Shown here piece by piece: positions 58,919 through 64,000 of a stretch of DNA of 64,000 nucleotides. The DNA is taken from positions 2,784,001 to 2,848,000 of the forward strand of contig OZ244621.1 of the NCBI GenBank assembly GCA_965218425.1, read 5' to 3'. Origin of the DNA: an uncultured Candidatus Binatia bacterium (GTDB lineage: Bacteria; Desulfobacterota; Binatia; UBA9968; CAXXLF01). Positions within the stretch are counted from its first letter, which is position 1. Each line of letters starts with the position of its first letter. A model generated the notes under the pieces. It had not been told where the DNA came from. It did not search any database and saw only the letters and a program-made list of their open reading frames with translations. Both the position numbers and the translations under genes were made by a program.

Positions 58919-60385
58919 TTAAAGCTCCCCTGCATGTCTCGAGGCATCCTTCGCATAATTGGCCGCACTCTCTCCCGCCACTCGGCCGAACACGAGGCAT
59001 ACCTGAAGCGAAGCTGCCAGCATGTCGTGGTTGGACCGGTAGGTCCAGGTTCCCGTCGGAGTTTGCGCCCATATCCCGCTAAAGATCCCGCCGAAGATCG
59101 CCCCCGCCGCAAAGAGTCCGGGGATGGGGTTTGCGCTTCCGTCGAGCACCCGTGCCCGGGAATCTATTTCAAGGCCTCCCCAGATGGTGTTCATGGATGA
59201 CCAGACCGGGTAAACCGTGTGGAAGGGCGGACTGTCGATTAGCGCCGCTGTGGCGAGATGTTCGCCCTTGGGGATTTCCAGGGCCAGCGCTTTATTATTG
59301 GTTACGCACTGGTTGAATTCGCGTACCGTGGCCTCCATCTGCGCTGCCGGAGCTCCAATGAACTCCGCGATTTCCCCGAGGGTCTGTCCCTGGCGAATGG
59401 CTCCGGGAACCGCCTCCTCGTACTTTTGAGCTTCTTCCGGAAATCGCTCCAGAGTTTTCTGATCAAAGAGCAGAGCCGCCACACCCCCGGGCTGACGCAT
59501 GATGGCGGTGGAAATCGGGTCGCTTTCTTCCGACTCATCGATAAACCTCTTACCGTCTTTGTTGATCCACAGTCCCCACCGGCCGGTATTGAGCAGGGCG
59601 CGTGTGGGCCCGCCCTGATTCTTTGGCTTCACCCCCGGGGCTTCCCATGCTTTGTCCTCCGCGCCGCAGTGAATGAGAAACGGCTGCCTGGCGAAGCTCG
59701 CCCCCACCTCCATGGCCATGAGCTGCCCGTCGCCTGTGTGGCTCGAGGAGGACACGCGCTTCTTGAAAGCGGTCTCATGGACCTGCCTCCCAAGATAGCT
59801 TTGCACCATCTCCTCGTTGGATTCGAACCCTCCCGTGGCCAGGATAACCGCGTCAGCGGAGTATTGCTCGAGTCCCTCCCGGGTCAAGGCTTCCACGCCG
59901 ACGATTCCGCCTCTTCCATTGGTTAGCAGCCTCTTCGCGTCTGTGTCGAATTGAAAATCCACTCCCCTGGACCGAGCGATCTTTCCCATGAAAGGGGGGA
60001 TGGCCGCGCCTCTGCCGTCCACCAGAAAACCGCCTTTTCGGGCAGGATTGGGTATGAAGGGAAGCCCCAGGTCATCTTTCAGCCAGGCGAAGTCATGCGC
60101 CAGCCTGCGGGCAAAAACACTGACCAGATCGAGATCGCACTGAAAATTGCTTGTCTCCTGAAAGGCCAGGATCAATTCCGGCTGGGATAATTCTCCATAG
60201 GGTTGGACGTGGAGGCTAAACCCCCCGCCGGCCATAAAGGTGCTGCTATGGGTGAGATCCGGAGATTTCTCGATTAAAGTCACTGCGGCACCCAGTTCCG
60301 CGGCTTGGATTGCCGCGGTCAAGCCGCCCATGCCGCCGCCCACGACGAGTACCTTTCTAACCTGTGCTGTGGAATCTTCAGTCAT
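58919..60385 (-). CDS. FAD-dependent oxidoreductase (fumarate reductase/TcuA/KstD superfamily)
   Basis: VVGGGMGG, LATGGF, TGDG, GKRFIDE, IPGLFAAG, VFGRVAG. Confidence 0.85.
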   Translation of the reverse strand: MTEDSTAQVRKVLVVGGGMGGLTAAIQAAELGAAVTLIEKSPDLTHSSTFMAGGGFSLHVQPYGELSQPELILAFQETSNFQCDLDLVSVFARRLAHDFAWLKDDLGLPFIPNPARKGGFLVDGRGAAIPPFMGKIARSRGVDFQFDTDAKRLLTNGRGGIVGVEALTREGLEQYSADAVILATGGFESNEEMVQSYLGRQVHETAFKKRVSSSSHTGDGQLMAMEVGASFARQPFLIHCGAEDKAWEAPGVKPKNQGGPTRALLNTGRWGLWINKDGKRFIDESEESDPISTAIMRQPGGVAALLFDQKTLERFPEEAQKYEEAVPGAIRQGQTLGEIAEFIGAPAAQMEATVREFNQCVTNNKALALEIPKGEHLATAALIDSPPFHTVYPVWSSMNTIWGGLEIDSRARVLDGSANPIPGLFAAGAIFGGIFSGIWAQTPTGTWTYRSNHDMLAASLQVCLVFGRVAGESAANYAKDASRHAGEL

Positions 60386-60487
60386 CGGCAAGAAAATATG
60401 AAGAGTTTAGTTATCGGGACAATGCAGAGTATTTTAGCGGCTGCGCGCGGTCTCATGTGAGACGAAATACTCGACGCGCCCCAAAGG

Positions 60488-61621
60488 TTATCCTGCGATG
60501 GGGTCCGTCCGGTAGGTGACCGCAGGCATCTGTGAGGTAACGCCATTTCTCTTCAATTCCTCCTCGAAGTCCTTTCGCACCCGCGGGTCTTCGTCGTCGT
60601 ACTTGATGACCGTTCCTCCCTCGCGAATGCTCAGGGTGACCCCTTCACGGCCGCTGGTGGCGTCGTGAAATCCCGTGGGATTTGTTCGGCTGCCCAGCCG
60701 TATGGCCACGTGCCGCGCCGGCTCGTTGCCGGTGTTGAGATGCTGGTGGAACCAACCGTCCGGCGGACTATAGATGCTGCCCGGCTTCCAGTTGAACTTA
60801 ACTATTTTATCCTGCCTCCCGGATTGATAGGGATGGATCCCGAGCTCCTTGGGCCACATCAGTAAATAGCCCGTGGAGCGAAGAACGAGCAGGATGGCCC
60901 CGGCGGCATGATAGTGGGCGTTGTGATAGATGCCCGCCGGCCAGTCGGAGATGTGTCCCACGAGGCAGTTGTCCGACATCTCGAAGCAGGTGGTCTGCCC
61001 CCTGGTGGTTTTGTAGGTTGCATCGTCCAGGAGGGCCGATCTCGCATCCGCGATGAAGTTCGTGTCCCACATCTTTGCCTTGTTGGCCTCGTACCTTTTG
61101 TTGCCGGTTTGAAAGTAGTCCTGTTCGCCGCGGTAGCGAGACGTGAACCGGTAGTTGCTATTGAAGACAAATCCGGGGTCGCGGAACAGATCGAGAACCA
61201 TTGGAGCCGTGGTCACGGCCAGGACTACGGCGGGCTCCCTGGCCCCGTTGACCAGCCGGTGCCAGGTGTTGAGGGGCGGGGCGAAGATACTCCCTTCACC
61301 CCACTCGAAGGATCGTTTCTTTTCTCCCTCCTGCCAGACCTCGGTGCCGCCGTGTCCCTTTAGAACGTAAAGAACCTTGTCATAAAGGTGCCGCTCCGGA
61401 TTCAAGGCGCCGCCCCCGGGGACCTCCACCACATACATCCCCGTCACCCCTCCTCCTCCCAATAGCTGGATATAGCTTCCCTGACCGCCCAGGCGCTTCC
61501 AGGGTTCGAGAGGCAACTCCGCCACGTCTTCCACGGCAAGGCCGTTGAAAATGGGAATTCCTTCCTGTTCCATCCAGCGTTGGTAGCCCGTCTTTGCGGG
61601 AGTATAGGGCGTATCCATCAA
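60488..61621 (-). CDS. Bicupin protein, paralog of 48269-49405
   Basis: Same motifs (ERHLYDK, YHNAHYH, WFHQH). Confidence 0.85.
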   Translation of the reverse strand: MMDTPYTPAKTGYQRWMEQEGIPIFNGLAVEDVAELPLEPWKRLGGQGSYIQLLGGGGVTGMYVVEVPGGGALNPERHLYDKVLYVLKGHGGTEVWQEGEKKRSFEWGEGSIFAPPLNTWHRLVNGAREPAVVLAVTTAPMVLDLFRDPGFVFNSNYRFTSRYRGEQDYFQTGNKRYEANKAKMWDTNFIADARSALLDDATYKTTRGQTTCFEMSDNCLVGHISDWPAGIYHNAHYHAAGAILLVLRSTGYLLMWPKELGIHPYQSGRQDKIVKFNWKPGSIYSPPDGWFHQHLNTGNEPARHVAIRLGSRTNPTGFHDATSGREGVTLSIREGGTVIKYDDEDPRVRKDFEEELKRNGVTSQMPAVTYRTDPIAG

Positions 61622-61655
61622 TGTTCCTCGGCTTTTGTAGAAGTTCGATTCGCTA

Positions 61656-61684
61656 CCTATAGTCGCGGTTGCAATTCATGTCAA
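61656..61684 (-). promoter_or_regulatory. Putative sigma-70 promoter
   Basis: TTGACA-17-TATAGG. Confidence 0.6.
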
Positions 61685-62017
61685 ACCCGATTTCATCCGA
61701 GTCGAACACAGCCGACTTAGGGAGATAGCTCCCCCGTTCAGGGGGGTGAATAATGGGACGTGACGGCATCGATTGCGAGTAGAGGTCGGTTGCTTTTTTC
61801 GTGGCCCGTCCGCAGTTGGAAGCGTATCGGTGATGTCGTGCCTGCAACCCTCAAATGATAATCTATCCAAAGACACCGAGGCGTGTCAAACCGCCGAGTC
61901 AATGGGCGCCAATGGCTGAGTCTTGTATTTAACGGCGCCTGTTGTTAGGAAACGATCTGTGCCGGCTGCCGTTATAGGGACTAAAGACGTTCATCATTGT
62001 GGTAGGAAGGTTCAGCT

Positions 62018-63010
62018 ATGAGTAAAGGAGAAGAGGCGATTCGCATCGCCATGGGAGAGAGCCTTTGGACGAGGGCCATCTTGGATGGGACGGTTAAAGT
62101 CGAAAGCTTTCCAGTGGAGTTCCATTCCAAGGTGACTCTCCCGGATCGTTTGCACGGCGTGAGGGAGGGGAAATGGGACGGCGGCGACGGTACTCTGACG
62201 GACTACCTTTTGGAGAAAGATCGCCATGAGGGTATTCCCAAGGTGGCACTGCCTGTATTTATGTTGGGCGGGTTTCGCCAACGCACATTGCTCATGCGCC
62301 GCGACGGATTGTCTCCAGAGGACCTCAAGGGAAGAAAGGTCGCCTTGCCGCGGGTTTTGACTCCGGGCGGGGTCTATATGCGCGGTTTTCTGGACGAGGA
62401 GTTCGGCATCTCTCGGGACAAAGTGGAGTGGTACACCATCCATGGAGCGGCTGAAGACGCTGAAGTTGCCTGGCTAAAAGGCCGCTTCGATCAACCGGAG
62501 GGCCTGGAGGCGGTGCGTGACGCGGCGGACCGCTTGACGCGGGGGGAAATCGACGCGCTGATCCATCCGGGCGCCCATGGCTTCGCTGCACTCTACGGCG
62601 GGGACAGGATGATCCAGGGCACCCTGGAACGCTTTCCCAAGCTCCATCAGCCCCTGGGCGACGCTGACGCCATCGCCGGCTGGTTCAAAAAAGCGAAGAT
62701 TTATCCCATCGTCCATTGCCTGCAGCTTCGCACAGACTGTCTGGAAGAAAACCCCGGTCTTGCCGAGAGCCTCATGGATGCGTTCAAGAAGGCCTGGGCC
62801 GTGAGTGAAGATCGTCTGAATGAAAAGGAAAAGGAACTGATCGAGAAAGAACGTTCGGTCCTGGACTTCGACGCCTATCAGTACGAACTAGGCGCGGTGC
62901 AGTTCCAAACCATTGAAAAACTCATGGACTACCTCCAGGCCGACGGTTTACTTGGTCAACGGTTTACGGTGAGGGAGATCTTCCCCGGCACGACCGCTAA
63001 AGTCGGCTGA
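62018..63010 (+). CDS. 4,5-dihydroxyphthalate decarboxylase (OphC/Pht5)-like, PBP2-fold protein
   Basis: TRAILDGTV, ALPVF..GFR, PEDLKGRKV, IYPIVH, TIEKLMDYL..DGL....TVREIF. Confidence 0.7.
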   Translation: MSKGEEAIRIAMGESLWTRAILDGTVKVESFPVEFHSKVTLPDRLHGVREGKWDGGDGTLTDYLLEKDRHEGIPKVALPVFMLGGFRQRTLLMRRDGLSPEDLKGRKVALPRVLTPGGVYMRGFLDEEFGISRDKVEWYTIHGAAEDAEVAWLKGRFDQPEGLEAVRDAADRLTRGEIDALIHPGAHGFAALYGGDRMIQGTLERFPKLHQPLGDADAIAGWFKKAKIYPIVHCLQLRTDCLEENPGLAESLMDAFKKAWAVSEDRLNEKEKELIEKERSVLDFDAYQYELGAVQFQTIEKLMDYLQADGLLGQRFTVREIFPGTTAKVG

Positions 63011-63029
63011 TAGAAAGAAGTGAGCGAGA

Positions 63030-63416
63030 TTGGAATCGGTAAATGAACCCCTTCTATTTACGGCCCGTCGAATTCTAATCTATGTGGAAGACCTGGAGCG
63101 GGCGATTTCCTACTATCGGGATATCCTCGGATGCAAGCCCCTGAACGGTGTAGACGGGGTGAATTTCGAATTTGCAACCTCGGGCCCGCCGATTGTCCTG
63201 CACAAGGGCGGCAAGGCATCGCGAGATCCTCGTGGCTTGAATGGTCCGGTGCCGAGCTTCCAGGTCCCCAACATTCAACAAGCGGTTGCTATCTACAAGC
63301 AACGCGGCGTCCGCATGGTCCAAGACGTCCTGGAAGTCTCCCACGGCTGGATCGCCTTCATCGCCGACCTTGAAGGCAACGTGATTCAAATCTATCAGGC
63401 GAAGACGGGACACTGA
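63030..63416 (+). CDS. VOC/glyoxalase family protein
   Basis: IYVEDLERAISYYRDILG, AFIADLEGN. Confidence 0.85.
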   Translation: MESVNEPLLFTARRILIYVEDLERAISYYRDILGCKPLNGVDGVNFEFATSGPPIVLHKGGKASRDPRGLNGPVPSFQVPNIQQAVAIYKQRGVRMVQDVLEVSHGWIAFIADLEGNVIQIYQAKTGH

Positions 63417-63510
63417 CCTGGGAAGAGCAAAGATTTCGATTTGGGCAACAGCCCGACAAGACGTAACCCCTATTACTATCCCCGCGCATGCGGAGGAACC
63501 CGACCGGCGT

Positions 63511-64000
63511 CGTCGAGGGCAGCTGATGAAAGGGGGCGGGAAGCTGGAGGCATTAAACGAGGAGAGCAAGGCCCCCCATAGGCGTAGGAGTCGTAGTTGG
63601 CCTCAGTTGGTGCTTGGACAGATTGGCCGCATAAGGACGGAGCACCCCAATCTAAGCAAAGAGAAGATCTATCTATCGCTCAAGCCGTGGTGTGAGAGGC
63701 AGGATCTGAGGTGTCCAAAGCCCAGGAGCATTGGCCGGATCATAGCTGGGGCTGTGGACAAGATGAGAACGGTTTCCATGAAGATAAGGTCTAACGGTCG
63801 TAGAGTAACCAACAAGCCGAAGCGGGCAAGAGACCCCCAGGGTTTTAGAGCGAGCGGTCCTGGTGAGTGCGGGGCCTTCGATAGGGTGGAGTTGTTCCTT
63901 GATGGGCTAATGAAGTATGGGATCACCTTCACTGATGTCTACTCCCGGTTCTGTTTTGCCTGGGCGAGCCATAGCCATGGTTGTGAGCCAGCACGGGAAG
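63511..64000 (+). mobile_element. DDE (integrase-core, IS481-like) transposase, 5'-truncated or degenerate, runs off the window
   Basis: Open frame GKLEALNEESKAP..R...HPNLSKEKI...PGECGAFD...KYGITFTDVYSRFCFAW. Confidence 0.7.

Overview
Bacterial accessory region. The paralog-rich amidohydrolase, cupin, Rieske and ABC solute-binding content resembles Candidatus Binatia-type (deltaproteobacterial-like) genomes, which is inference only. 1-8 kb: end of an ammonium transporter gene, a truncated RAYT transposase, an IS110-family element with a long 3' non-coding end, a high-GC Mrr + MmeI-type defence cassette and a phage-like remnant. 8-9 kb: two bactofilins behind a sigma-54 promoter. 9.7-63.4 kb: a very large (hetero)aromatic catabolic cluster. 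It holds 4 UbiD-family decarboxylases, 3 Mo-hydroxylase large subunits with 2 medium/small sets and CoxG, 2 Rieske oxygenases, an HpaB-type monooxygenase, 3 cupin dioxygenase-like proteins, 2 amidohydrolases, 2 dienelactone hydrolases, 2 atypical MDR dehydrogenases, an OphC-like protein and ABC/TAXI binding proteins. At about 28-34.4 kb the cluster is split by a block with defence-gene debris and an intact convergent type II R-M pair. The window ends in a DDE transposase. Best candidates for undescribed biology: (i) the UbiD + HmfA-like Mo-hydroxylase operon with several non-canonical active sites; (ii) an HTH-fused methyltransferase whose leaderless promoter carries two GACGTC palindromes; (iii) a recurring TTGACA-N17-TATNNG promoter class lacking the -7 T. 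No tRNA, rRNA or CRISPR array was seen. All assignments come from motif recognition, not database searches.
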